Below are positions 39,401-48,500 of a stretch of DNA of 64,000 bases, piece after piece. The position numbers and the translations under genes were made by a program. The stretch lies in IMG/VR virus record IMGVR_UViG_3300021131_000005; one strand, written 5' to 3'. The notes under the pieces were generated by a model that was given only the letters and a program-made list of their open reading frames with translations, was not told the origin of the DNA and did no database searches. The stretch comes from an uncultured virus (IMG/VR IMGVR_UViG_3300021131_000005) (lineage: Duplodnaviria; Heunggongvirae; Uroviricota; Caudoviricetes). Numbering within the stretch: the stretch's first letter is position 1; the number at the start of each line of letters is the position of its first letter.

Positions 39401-42227
39401 AGGCAAGGCTACAAAAGAATTGCAAAAAACACTCCCTGATGTTACAGAGGACGCTTTAAGAAAAGCGTATCTAAAGAAAGAACAATTTGAAATACCAACA
39501 GAAGCTAAAATAAAAGCAGATTTACAACAGTCTAAAGCAGACTTGGCTAACTTATTGAAAGTGCAAGAAAAGCTAGACAAGCTTATTGAAACAGGAAAAT
39601 TAGAAACTAATCCCGCTAAGAAAAAATTAATAAACGAAAGGATAGATGCTGCAAGAGAAGAAGTAGAAGCTGAATTATTAAGGCAAGGTAAAAAAAGGGC
39701 TGATTTAAGTTCTACTGAAAAAGAGGCTTTACGAAAAGTTTCAGAATCCCAAAATAAACACATAAATGATGTTTTATCTTTTGTAGAAAAGATAGGTAAA
39801 GGTATTGAAGGAAATAAGAATTTTCAAGTATTAAAAGACAGGATTAATAATCTTAGATTTAATTACGACAAAACAGATGCCTCTGAACAAAAAAAGTTAC
39901 GACAAAAAGAAATAGATGCCTCTGTAAAAGACATTATATCCGAATTAGATAAGCATTGGAAAGACTACGGTATAACTAAAGAAGAAAAAAAGTTGATAAA
40001 CCAACAAATGCAAGGTATATCAGACTTTACCGATTCTCTTTTAAAAAATGCACGACAAGATGTACTGGTAGATAACGAAATTAAATCTCTTAAAACAAGG
40101 GCAAAAGAATATGAAAGAAAGCTAAATGCAAATGAATTTGATGACGAGCCTATACAACCTAAAAGGACAAAGACTAGCTATGAATTGTTGACTGCTCAAA
40201 GAGAATTTAACGCTGCTAAGTCAAACTATGAAGCAGCAGCTAAAAAGGCATCGGAAGATAATTTAACTTCATTGAAAGACAAATTACTTTCTAAAGATTG
40301 GTGGTTCTCTAGTGCCTTGAGAAATTTAAGAAGGATTTATACAGCATCGGTAATTGCTTTTTCTTTCAATAAGGTTTTATATAGTGGTTTTACTAGACCT
40401 AAATTTGAAGCATTAAAAAGGGCTACATTAGGCAAAGCAGTAACAGCTTTTTTAAGCGATGCTATGTTGTTAAAATCAAAAGAAGGTGGATATTCTACAT
40501 CTTCAACTGCGGTAGGTCAGCTTTTACCGCAAAGTTTAAGTTTAAGCAAAATAAAAGAATATGGAATAAAAACATTATTTAGGGGTTTAAATCAAATAGA
40601 AATAGAACAAGAAGCTAAAAGATTAACTTCTATCTACGACAAATCATTTAATGATTATTTAGAGCAAAAACAGCTAGTAGAAGCACTTAGCGAAAATTCC
40701 CCTAATTTAAAATCAGAACAATCTAAGTTAGCTAAACTAGAAAAAGAATTTAATAACAACAAATTGAAACTAGCATTGAACGCACCATTAATTACAATAG
40801 GTGGTAGTTCTATGGATTTATTGTTTGACAAATGGATAAATGGCGCATCTAACTTTGAGGCATCTAATTGGAAGTTTAACAGATATTCTTACAAAGATGT
40901 TTTAGAAAACGCTAGTAAAGATAAACCTATAAAGTCAGTTGCTGACGCAATGGGTTATGCTATATCATTAATGACTACTAATGCTCACTCTGCATTCAAA
41001 AGCCTTTCGGGTAGAGCTTTTTATTTAGCTGCATTTTCAGCAAGAATGGAACACGCAATAGAAACGGGTCAAGATGTGTTTAGTTATGACAAAATAAATG
41101 AAATACATTTAGCTAGTTTGCAAGACTATCAGTTTGGTATGTATATGCAAGAAAACGCAATTAACAAGGCGGCGCAATCTGCTTTAAATGCCATAGCTAA
41201 AGATTTGCCACTAACTTCTTCTATTATTAAATTAGACCAACCCGTAACTAGAGTACCTACCAATCAAGCAATACTTCTTACAGATTATATGTTTGGATGG
41301 TTAAAGGCTGCTGCAATAAAGAAACAAGTTTTTTCTAGTGCAAGAGAGCAAGCAAGACAAAGAATTGCATTGTTAGGATTAGAAAATAATAAAGCTACTT
41401 TAAAAAGGGAAATACAATCTGAAATTTATAAATTAGACCCGAAAGTCGCAGCATTATTTGTAAGACATTTAGTTAATGGTTCTGTTGGTGGTGTTGGGGC
41501 TTTATTAGCATTGACGGGGGTATTGGCTTATGGTGGTTCAAAGCATTTAGGTTATCAAGAAGAGGATGAAAAGAAAAAGAAAATGAAGGATGTCCTTTTG
41601 ACAGAACAGACAAATTTATTCAAAGGTGCGCTTGGTCAACATATAGATTTATTGGCACATACAGATGAAATAAGAACAATGTTGACCATTGCTGCAATGA
41701 AGAATGAATGGGCTTACAATAAGAAATCTGGTAAAACAACTTTAGGTAATTCTTTGTATTTGGCAGATAAGTTTTTGACTGAATTAGAGCAACAAGTCCC
41801 CCCTGCTAAAGCAATAGGAATGTATGAACTATCTAAAAGTGCAGCAAGGGCGGTAATAAACACCCCTGATAAATTAGTAGAAGGCAGCGTTTCCCACAAA
41901 TATAATAAGTACATAAAAGAGAATGATAAGCACCAAACAGAATACAGAAAAGAGATAGTAAAAAAAGTAGAAAAGAATGAAATAGGGGAAACGGAGGCGC
42001 AACTTAAAATTAATCAAGCATCTGAAAAATACGAGAAAAGAGCAAAATATCTAAAAAAACTAGGTATAATAGATAAAAAGTATTCAGACGAAATATTTGA
42101 TGTCAGATTTCTACCTAAAGAAAAACAACCACAAGCATTAATTGATATTAATGAACGAATGAAAAAAGAAAAAAGGGATTTGATTAAAAAAGAAGGTATC
42201 CAAGATTTACACTTACCTTTGGAATAA
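33420..42227 (+). CDS. giant (2935 aa) internal virion / ejection protein
   Basis: N-terminal Y.G.YDEFS repeat, Gly/Ala hydrophobic segments, long coiled coils and a KKADIEKRRQKEL..INAKYDAELAEL motif. Confidence 0.65.
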   Translation: MPNGNDNKVKVLYDAVSKDYSVGTYDEFSKKLQDPTKRKAFYDGVGKEYQLGSYDEFSNKIGAISDLKKKDGTQPSIQATAQPSKVGWVSSQSGGQQTPPSTSPLKSTYAVDNRAVSESTQAPKGTAQSTQAIDETKQLNKEKDLFKGILFGKKPATDILSEENIVANVKDKSKVKDITDRFYKGELTNEDVEAIGYSPKMGIDLNSFTQQLNTKTKNLSKIAQITQTESLLPALKQLDDVEKQKEHLLNQKKQLQFASLTTIGNPDKQISDIDAQIAQLTDKQKFLNRGLDVVYENKYYKEYQPEILNALKPLITDVQNFYEGKQAHSNQFLNGIGEEQNHIKHVKKDGQDIYQLGEEGQTIVRNAVAKYMSQKNDIVAIAHEHKTGIVNGQDPKNTQYNDESNRVIDYINTVMPVQHAQKKYTESYIKENPQLEPYLKYHDKVKESFTGDDKKAENAYVKTQLDSFIVESNHNFQTSLDTNEDAKAIVSKWKSQEEAKMVTPEIAQKNIERDLLNNKNTAPIIKKRDKDIELAKTKAKNLSKDYVLNVLKKENPNIEIYSDGSIGIKGKTKKQSDDILQNYFNGLNSVSSETLKKVADVQGKKADDVIKLKGVLGASFEQVANTTLFGLTSWIFDKTGIGGDSAKMFNSAISANNIDLSKIAKEHFEFKGLKSLFDWDYMQHAGGGFLPLALGNAAVATATGGVGLPESMAATLGAIGSAGYFTVSNLSNQYGEMINNGVDTQTASTAMQNRAIPDFLFSYAPTYFHTGSLLGNTLKPSILKTGEDYIKGQFGNAFMMLGQGYLSKKADKEAKGYNLEQSFFDYAASDEGLKAISGIYAFAGVDAFRSVMGHWGSMKNWKSLLETSNQEFKDNAFYNNAIQHSYKDNAGTYIDNLILSLKNEDYKIGEPKFDLKRKQELEKGLNYAMGFEKNISNGKLDRSNINDLYTAHNLTLADIHSEYAKQLGGDNGVDNKSLVDYHKSKSKEYQEEAAKSLNNDASFHYLVDGTNQPVIMSDKSFKALTENGDISKWLKDKTIKDVVKNDDANFGTKFREQLAAKEEADKLLAQQKVEKPLTEDELSDLNKRKDDIEMILASDSASKQAGEGGNLVRGGREILSNELKDINEKLDAHKKAQSTDEETVRKAKDYDNRKNMVDAVFAKEDFFTPEEKKTFLTLDEKAQDEMIDAKRKELKEIAQSDRNKDYEQKKADIEKRRQKELDDFHNPFNAQQHIKAYDEKGNLLSDTAESINAKYDAELAELEKSQQIKKVTPTIVVEGKEYYGANHGEAMKAAIADGKILATDKERNPITDIDSPELKDWRKKNGQFKTDSGKLIPRSEAQNKLGFSQSEDIPEGMLHVPEQPPTSEVSVPKEESEKEIVPVSSMIDKRGSYTNNKGETERGMFIQDGERIEFHTDKGNKIYELGSVKEIGNKDISEFNIKSEESKVGIADNGNITVSGKEYVNKYSDPLAAINRDADGNIISVNLETLNGEKRTFGKKDKQLAEDLAYQIHLKEITKDNANREQFEQFINEDGEASKTMEDGGLSETPETPTVKIDGKVSREKIEPIPITVNLKEPIIETVGEQTPLKDTSNIGEQTEIETDESKRNKEAYAKGQKNDEVVEDGGIETPPPPIVPTIGEPILQESGEPTYKGVTMEAQSQIDSIAKKYAERVGVTWEEDLRDGLSRAQSLYPNSDIKEAAKLYTEQKYRDMLEAAGNYVPSSQDIMTFNYHLKNLFDELNSEEPTRLRDDILNDIQKTSDVLSNSKTGRALAAYKAILLEDNNGLQVMRADLESRNFGKPLSDEQKQMTAAFWEEQKEALLKEQELQIQDLREQAQLQLEQVKAEYESKLKKQSKETPTEKKKSEIIKKSADEIAALIRKGINKDAAFSDPLLVGQGMNLVLEGVAKLVEQVGSLAGAIAKYIEDNPKFKGKEKDIEDAIFNHINLQDKKEKAIEGIDKLGEKTITKEMVENKYIKDFVDSFLTNHDISEVIGKATKELQKTLPDVTEDALRKAYLKKEQFEIPTEAKIKADLQQSKADLANLLKVQEKLDKLIETGKLETNPAKKKLINERIDAAREEVEAELLRQGKKRADLSSTEKEALRKVSESQNKHINDVLSFVEKIGKGIEGNKNFQVLKDRINNLRFNYDKTDASEQKKLRQKEIDASVKDIISELDKHWKDYGITKEEKKLINQQMQGISDFTDSLLKNARQDVLVDNEIKSLKTRAKEYERKLNANEFDDEPIQPKRTKTSYELLTAQREFNAAKSNYEAAAKKASEDNLTSLKDKLLSKDWWFSSALRNLRRIYTASVIAFSFNKVLYSGFTRPKFEALKRATLGKAVTAFLSDAMLLKSKEGGYSTSSTAVGQLLPQSLSLSKIKEYGIKTLFRGLNQIEIEQEAKRLTSIYDKSFNDYLEQKQLVEALSENSPNLKSEQSKLAKLEKEFNNNKLKLALNAPLITIGGSSMDLLFDKWINGASNFEASNWKFNRYSYKDVLENASKDKPIKSVADAMGYAISLMTTNAHSAFKSLSGRAFYLAAFSARMEHAIETGQDVFSYDKINEIHLASLQDYQFGMYMQENAINKAAQSALNAIAKDLPLTSSIIKLDQPVTRVPTNQAILLTDYMFGWLKAAAIKKQVFSSAREQARQRIALLGLENNKATLKREIQSEIYKLDPKVAALFVRHLVNGSVGGVGALLALTGVLAYGGSKHLGYQEEDEKKKKMKDVLLTEQTNLFKGALGQHIDLLAHTDEIRTMLTIAAMKNEWAYNKKSGKTTLGNSLYLADKFLTELEQQVPPAKAIGMYELSKSAARAVINTPDKLVEGSVSHKYNKYIKENDKHQTEYRKEIVKKVEKNEIGETEAQLKINQASEKYEKRAKYLKKLGIIDKKYSDEIFDVRFLPKEKQPQALIDINERMKKEKRDLIKKEGIQDLHLPLE

Positions 42228-42250
42228 TTTGATGACATAAAATTAGTAAA

Positions 42251-42829
42251 GTGATATTAATATCAGCACATAGGGATACAATTAAGAATAGTTATAGGTA
42301 TGCTTATAAAGCAGGGGAATTTAAAGGTTTACTAGATAATGCTATTGGTGTTTTAGTTTGTCAAAGTTTATTACTAGAAGAAAAGAACATAGTATCTTTA
42401 GAAAAGAAAGAGCAAATTAGTTATTTCTTTGGTACGGGGGAAGAATGGGCTTTAAGTGAAGATTTCCCCGAACTAAGTAAAGAACACATAGTAATAGTAG
42501 TAGATGTAGCTAGTGGGGATGATTACGAAGGTATTGACTTTTCTATTGAAAATATCAGTGGTTTTACCTCTGATGAAATATTAGAAACAAAAGAACATCT
42601 TGAATGGGAAGGGTTTAAATTAATTTCAAAAGAATACGATGCAACCCCCGAAAGTGAAGATGAATCTTGGCAATGGCGTAAACTAGGATATAAAGTAATT
42701 AGCTTTATTATCCCAATACAAAATGGAAATACTCATACAGGATGGCACGTAGATGATTGTACAGTATCTATTGAAGTAGTAGTGAAAGCAAAAGAAGGTT
42801 TAAAAAGACTAATAAATAAATTATTGTAA
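42251..42829 (+). CDS. M28/M20-like zinc peptidase-fold protein
   Basis: SAHRDT, LDNAIG, GEEW, VVDV and WHVDD ligands in canonical order. Confidence 0.65.
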   Translation: MILISAHRDTIKNSYRYAYKAGEFKGLLDNAIGVLVCQSLLLEEKNIVSLEKKEQISYFFGTGEEWALSEDFPELSKEHIVIVVDVASGDDYEGIDFSIENISGFTSDEILETKEHLEWEGFKLISKEYDATPESEDESWQWRKLGYKVISFIIPIQNGNTHTGWHVDDCTVSIEVVVKAKEGLKRLINKLL

Positions 42830-44109
42830 TGGATAAAAAATACGATAAGTACGGTGTCTCTGACATGACTGTAATGATAGAGGACTATGGTGGTTTTACA
42901 TATTTAGTGGAAGTGTTTGCAAGATACTTTAAAAGGGTTTTGTACTATTCCCCTTATGAAAGTGAATTTGCTAGAAGCCAACCTTTTATAGTAGGTACAG
43001 GAATCCCAAATGTTGAAAGAATAGATAATGTAGATGATTATGAAAGTCAAACTGATTTATTCTTTTTTTCCGATTTACATAAAGGGGCAAGACAAGAAAG
43101 ATTAAGAGATGCGGGAAAAGCTGTTTTTGGGTCAGGTAAAATACAAGACTTAGAGTTGTATAGAACTAAACTAAAAGAGTTATTGAAAGACTTAGATTTG
43201 CCCGTAAACGAATATGAAGTAGCACATGGGTTTAGCGAACTAAAAGAAAAGTTAAAGGGAAAGAAAGATGTTTGGGTTAAGTCTGATTTTTTTCGTGGTG
43301 ACGGGGAAACGTTTAGGTATCAAGATGACGAATGTGGTATAGATGCCTTAATGGACTTAGAACGTGACTTGGGTATCAATAAAGAAAAAGAAGATTTCAT
43401 AATAGAAGAACCTATAAAAGACGCAGTAGAATACGGATACGATGGCTTTGTATGTACTAATGGATTTCCCGACAAAACCTTATTTGGAATTGAGGTCAAA
43501 GACGCATCGTACTGTGCAGTATTTACGGATTACGACAAACTGCCAAAAACAACCCGTGAAGCTAACGAAAAATTACTCCCCATATTTATGTCTAAAAACT
43601 ACAATGGGTGGTATAGTAGCGAAGAAAGGTGTACTAAAAAAGATTTTAGCTATTACTTAGATATGACTGCCCGTTTGGGAGAACCTCCCACTTCATTAGC
43701 TTGTGAAATGTTTAAAGATTATCCTATTTATTGCTGGGAAATTGCTAATAGTATAGTTCCTAAAATAGAATCAAAAGCAAAGTACGGAGTACAATTGATA
43801 ATAAAGTCAGATAGGGCTATACACCACCCACAAAGGATTTTCTTTCCCGAAAAATACAAAGAGTTTGTAAAGGTAAAAAGCCTACATATAGATGAAAACG
43901 GACATTATATTTTCGTTCCTCAATCTACGGGGATGACAGAAATCGGGGCAATAGTTTATTATGCAGATACATTAAAAGCAGCAAAGGAAGGTGTAATTAA
44001 AATAGCAAAAGAAGTTAGAGGGTACGGTTTAAAAATAAACCTATCTGCCTTAGATGAAGCGGAATCGGTAGTTGCTAATTTGAAAAAATACGGGGTTAAT
44101 TTGTTCTAA
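42829..44109 (+). CDS. PurD-like ATP-grasp ligase
   Basis: LELYR..KELL, VWVK, FIIEEPI, EYGYDGF, and LDMTARLGEPP (compare PurD EFNARFGDPE). Confidence 0.75.
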   Translation: MDKKYDKYGVSDMTVMIEDYGGFTYLVEVFARYFKRVLYYSPYESEFARSQPFIVGTGIPNVERIDNVDDYESQTDLFFFSDLHKGARQERLRDAGKAVFGSGKIQDLELYRTKLKELLKDLDLPVNEYEVAHGFSELKEKLKGKKDVWVKSDFFRGDGETFRYQDDECGIDALMDLERDLGINKEKEDFIIEEPIKDAVEYGYDGFVCTNGFPDKTLFGIEVKDASYCAVFTDYDKLPKTTREANEKLLPIFMSKNYNGWYSSEERCTKKDFSYYLDMTARLGEPPTSLACEMFKDYPIYCWEIANSIVPKIESKAKYGVQLIIKSDRAIHHPQRIFFPEKYKEFVKVKSLHIDENGHYIFVPQSTGMTEIGAIVYYADTLKAAKEGVIKIAKEVRGYGLKINLSALDEAESVVANLKKYGVNLF

Positions 44110-44167
44110 AAACAAAAATCCCCAATATAAGAAAATAATACCTATTTTTGTTTTAAATTTTAGAAAT

Positions 44168-44707
44168 ATGACCATGCTTTCTGAAAGGTGCGTAGTGATA
44201 GCAAGAGAATACTTAGAAGATAAAAACATAAATGATAGTAGGGAAATACAAGAGCCTATTTTCAATTCTAAACTTAGTTCTTTTAATTGGGCTTCACCTT
44301 TTTCGGCGGCATCTGTTTTTTGTGAATTAGTTTGGAAAAAGACGCTGGGGCGTGAAAGTTCGGGCGAATGGCGGCAGTTAGATAGATTGTTTTCCCCCTC
44401 ACCAATAGCTACTCATGCTAATTTCAGAGGATGTAGGGATTACAAATCGGGGAATGTTCCCGAACTGGGGGCTTTAGCAATATGGCGTAGAGGGAATAGT
44501 TGGCAAGGTGCAATAGGTATAGTTTCAGAAGTTTCAGAAGATAAAGAAACGTTTTCAATAATAGAAGGAAGGTGCTTTGTAGGTAGTGAGAATAGTGGAT
44601 TAATACAAGTTATTGAAAGTAAAGGTAAAAAGCTAAATCTCCCCTTTAGCCAAACGAAAGGTAATTTATTGGGGTTTATTTACATGAAGTATGAAGAAAT
44701 TAGATAA
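44168..44707 (+). CDS. CHAP-domain protein, apparently catalytically degenerate
   Basis: PFSAASVFC..PELGALAIW..GAIGIV..IIEG fits the CHAP fold, but the usual WC and GH catalytic residues appear replaced. Confidence 0.6.
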   Translation: MTMLSERCVVIAREYLEDKNINDSREIQEPIFNSKLSSFNWASPFSAASVFCELVWKKTLGRESSGEWRQLDRLFSPSPIATHANFRGCRDYKSGNVPELGALAIWRRGNSWQGAIGIVSEVSEDKETFSIIEGRCFVGSENSGLIQVIESKGKKLNLPFSQTKGNLLGFIYMKYEEIR

Positions 44708-45033
44708 TGGCATTTGTTCAAATAATAGCAAAAACAGTAAACGGGCAAATATTGGAATTTCCACAGACTTTCCAACTAAATTGTTCTATACTAAAGCCAT
44801 TAGGTAAACAAGTAGTAAGACAATACAATGGGAATGAGTGTATTGTAGCTGTAAAGGTCTTTATGGTTCAAGCGGGAAATCAGCTTTTGGGAACAAACCA
44901 ATTTGAAACGACTTTTGATTTTATAAACTATGTGAACGTTAACTGCGCCCCTGCTTATTCTAACACTTGTTACATAACCTTAAATGGTTGTAATTTAACT
45001 TTAAATGGATGTCTTGTAGGACTTAATTATTAA
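44707..45033 (+). CDS. hypothetical structural protein
   Basis: C-terminal TLNGC repeat; lies in the fibre module. Confidence 0.5.
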   Translation: MAFVQIIAKTVNGQILEFPQTFQLNCSILKPLGKQVVRQYNGNECIVAVKVFMVQAGNQLLGTNQFETTFDFINYVNVNCAPAYSNTCYITLNGCNLTLNGCLVGLNY

Positions 45034-45035
45034 TA

Positions 45036-45512
45036 ATGGCTTGTACAATAGAACTTAATGATACCACTAGAATCCCGTTATTAACGGGATGCCCTGCTGA
45101 CAACGAACATATTTTATTCATTGGAGCAAACGGTGGTGCAGGTATAGGTGGTTATGCAGTAAGAACTTGGGCAACAGTTAAGTCATGTATATTAAGTGGA
45201 ATTTATTTTCGTGTTTTCAATACAGTTGTGGGAGTTGATGGTTTACTTTCAGTAGGGGATATTAATTACATCATAGGTCAAGAAACAGGAAACCCCGTTC
45301 ATAATATCATATCGGGTTCTGTAAATATTACAATAGACGGCTCGAGAATATATCCAACCCCCGTAGTAGGACAAATATTTGCTACAATATCTTACAATTT
45401 AGATAATACAGTAACAGTAAATTTCTTTAACTTTTCCATTGATAACCCTTCACTAAATTTAGGTTTACAATATGGAATGAAAGTAATAATAGATTATGCG
45501 ATTATTAATTAG
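45036..45512 (+). CDS. hypothetical structural protein
   Basis: Beta-rich; overlaps the start of the fibre gene. Confidence 0.5.
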   Translation: MACTIELNDTTRIPLLTGCPADNEHILFIGANGGAGIGGYAVRTWATVKSCILSGIYFRVFNTVVGVDGLLSVGDINYIIGQETGNPVHNIISGSVNITIDGSRIYPTPVVGQIFATISYNLDNTVTVNFFNFSIDNPSLNLGLQYGMKVIIDYAIIN

Positions 45513-48500
45513 TTTTATATTTTGTCTTTTAGTAGTTGGGGCGTTTTCCCAAACGCAATACCCACAAGGAAACCCCATCACTAATGCCCCTCAATCATGG
45601 ATAAGCTATGGTTATACTAGAGATAGCGCACATCTATTTATAGCTAGAGATACATTCAACTCCCGTTATCCTGCAATAGTAATGAGAACAGACGGTACTA
45701 TGTGGAGAACATTAGGTAACGGGGCTTATTGGTATGCTTTAAGTAGTGGAGGTAATTCAATTCAAAACGGTGGAAACTCTTTTGGCGCACCAATAATAAT
45801 AGGAACAAACGACAGTAATGCAGTTATAATAAGAACTAAAGGGATTAATCGTTGGTCTATTTCCCCTTTTGATGGAAGACTAACTTATGGTGCAACAAGT
45901 TTGAGAGGGGATGATTACGGAAGTATTACAACGGGACAAGGATACTTTGCTAGAGTAAGCGCAACGGACTACATTAGTTTCCCAAAAGATACAATAGCAC
46001 ATTCGGGTTATAGCGATGTAATTTCATTTCAAAACGGTGTACCTTACTATAATAGTGGTGGTGTATGGCACGCATTTCTAAATGATAGTGTCCTTTACTA
46101 TTCGGCGGGATATGGTTTAAATCTTTCCCCAACAGGACAATTTAAAGTTGATACATCAAAGATATTACCAAAAAATGATAGTGGGTATTTATATGTAACC
46201 CCTACACAACTATCTTTAAAAGTAAACAAGTCGGATAGCGGTATTGTATTTGCAACCCCCACTAAGGTTAAAAACGACAGTACTACTATAATGGGATATG
46301 TCAACGGTAAAGTAAATTATACAGATACTTCTACTATATTATCCCCTTATCAAACAGCATTAAACGCAAGAGTGAAATATACTGATAGCACTATTAAATA
46401 TGCAACCCCCACTCAATTAGCTTTAAAAGTAAACAAATCAGACAGTTCATTAAGAACAGGATATGTAACACCAACAGTACTGACTAATGATAGTATTACT
46501 TTAGCTAATCAAATAGCAACTAAAGAACCAATAATATCCCCTAGTAATACTATTAAACAATATTGGAATGGTTACAAACAATTTGTAAACTTTAATACTG
46601 ATTCGATTCCACAAGGTTCTACTAACAAATACTTCGTAACTAGCGATACGGCGGGGTTAAGCAACAAACTAAACAAATCAAACTTTATAGATAGCCTTAC
46701 AGGCAGAAACGCAACGCTATTAGGGAACGCAACAACAGGAAGCGGTAGTACTATTGTGCTAAGTGGCAGCCCTACTTTAACGCTTCCTAATATAGCGGCT
46801 ATTAGTGTTTCGAGGGGGATATTGTCGTTTCCAACAGGCGGAAGTGATACGGTAGCATTGAGGGGTGATACAACGACTTATTTTTATCCTTATTCAAGCA
46901 ATCCTAAAAATTACACATCATTAACAAGTTTATCCGCAACACGCAAAGTATCAACAGGCAGTATATTTACCTACAACAACGTAACGGGGGCTTATAATTT
47001 TGACACGACAGTTTATTTGCGTAAACAGGATAGTACCTTATACACAACCCCAACAGCGTTAAATAACCGTATATCATCTATTACATTAAACACCTCTAAT
47101 ATAACTTATAACAACCCCGTTAATTTTACTAATACAGGCGGCGCATGGTCAGGAACTTTGGCATTAGCTAATCAATCCCCTTATACTGTTTTTAGTAGAG
47201 CAAGTGGAATAGGTACACCTTCATGGAATAATCAGATAGATAGTAACTATTGGAACGGGCAATTTGCTACACAAGTAAGGGCTGCGCAACAGAATAATAG
47301 TGGTTTTACAACAGGTCAGATAGTATTCCCTAGTAGTTCATCTGCCTTAACGGGAAGTTCTAATCTATTTTGGGATAATACAAATAATAGATTAGGCTTA
47401 TTAACTAATTTGCCTACTCATACACTTACACTAGCAAGTACTTCAACAGGAATAAGCTATTATAACACATCAGACCAAACTACCAACTACGAAAGGGTAA
47501 GGCAATTTTGGAGTGGTAATATCTATTATATAATAGCCGAACAGGGCGGGTCGGGGTCGTACAGAAATATCAATATATCATCTGCGGGAAGCCTTGTATT
47601 TACAAATACGGTACAAAAAATGATAATTACAGGTACAACTGTAACAGGTGCTATCAATATGGGGTATTCAACAGGAACGGCGGGTAGTATTATTGGTTCA
47701 ACGGCTACTCTTACAGCTTCATCGGGCAATCAGAATAATCTAGCTTTAATATCAACAGTAAATCAAACGAGTTCAGCTAGTTCAAAGATATTATGGATTA
47801 GCCCTTACTATCAAGGTGTTGGTAGTGGTTCTCAATTGCTAATTGATGCGGGAACAAACACGGCTGCTAATGGTGGCGGTACTCACACAAGTAAATTCAA
47901 CGTAGATACAAGTGGAAACACAACTGCTAAAGCTTTTATAGTTAGCGGTTCATCATCTAGCTATCTACTACAAGGGGATGGTAGTACGGTATTGAAAAGT
48001 AGTATTGGTGGCGGGTTGACGGGTAACGGCGCAAGCCAAAGTGCGGGCGTTGCACAGATACCATACTTTATAACGGCAAATAGTACATTGTCGTCTAATG
48101 CAAGTTTTACTTTTGACACTACAAATAATCAAACGCTTGGAATAGGAAGTAAGACAAGTAGTGGGGTAGGGCACAATAACTTTATAGGTAAATTATTTTT
48201 TTATAATGGGATATCTAGCGGTAATCTTCAAGGCGCATATATATCTTCTACACAGGTAGGAACACTTCAAGGGGCGGAATCAATAGATTTTTATACTCAA
48301 AATGGAACTATCGGTGGACAAACATTATCGGCACAGTTCACAACAGGTCAAGCAAGTATCTTAGGTAATGTGATTATATCATCTACGGGTACAACTGCTA
48401 ATACAATAGCTAGTACTACATTAGGTGGTAGTTCATTGAACTTATTTGGATATAATTCAACACCCTCAATAACACTTAATTCAGGCCCTGGGCAATCATC

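Noticed and set aside
15287..42238. Numerous short antisense or overlapping ORFs in the ORF track (e.g. 15287-16213, 18351-18770, 37467-39763)
   Set aside because: These are shadow ORFs opposite well-supported genes, with S/F/L-rich composition mirroring K/E-rich sense codons.
42829..44109. Bona fide purD auxiliary metabolic gene
   Set aside because: It lacks the PurD N-terminal GxGGREH motif and has no purine pathway context, so it is called PurD-like only.
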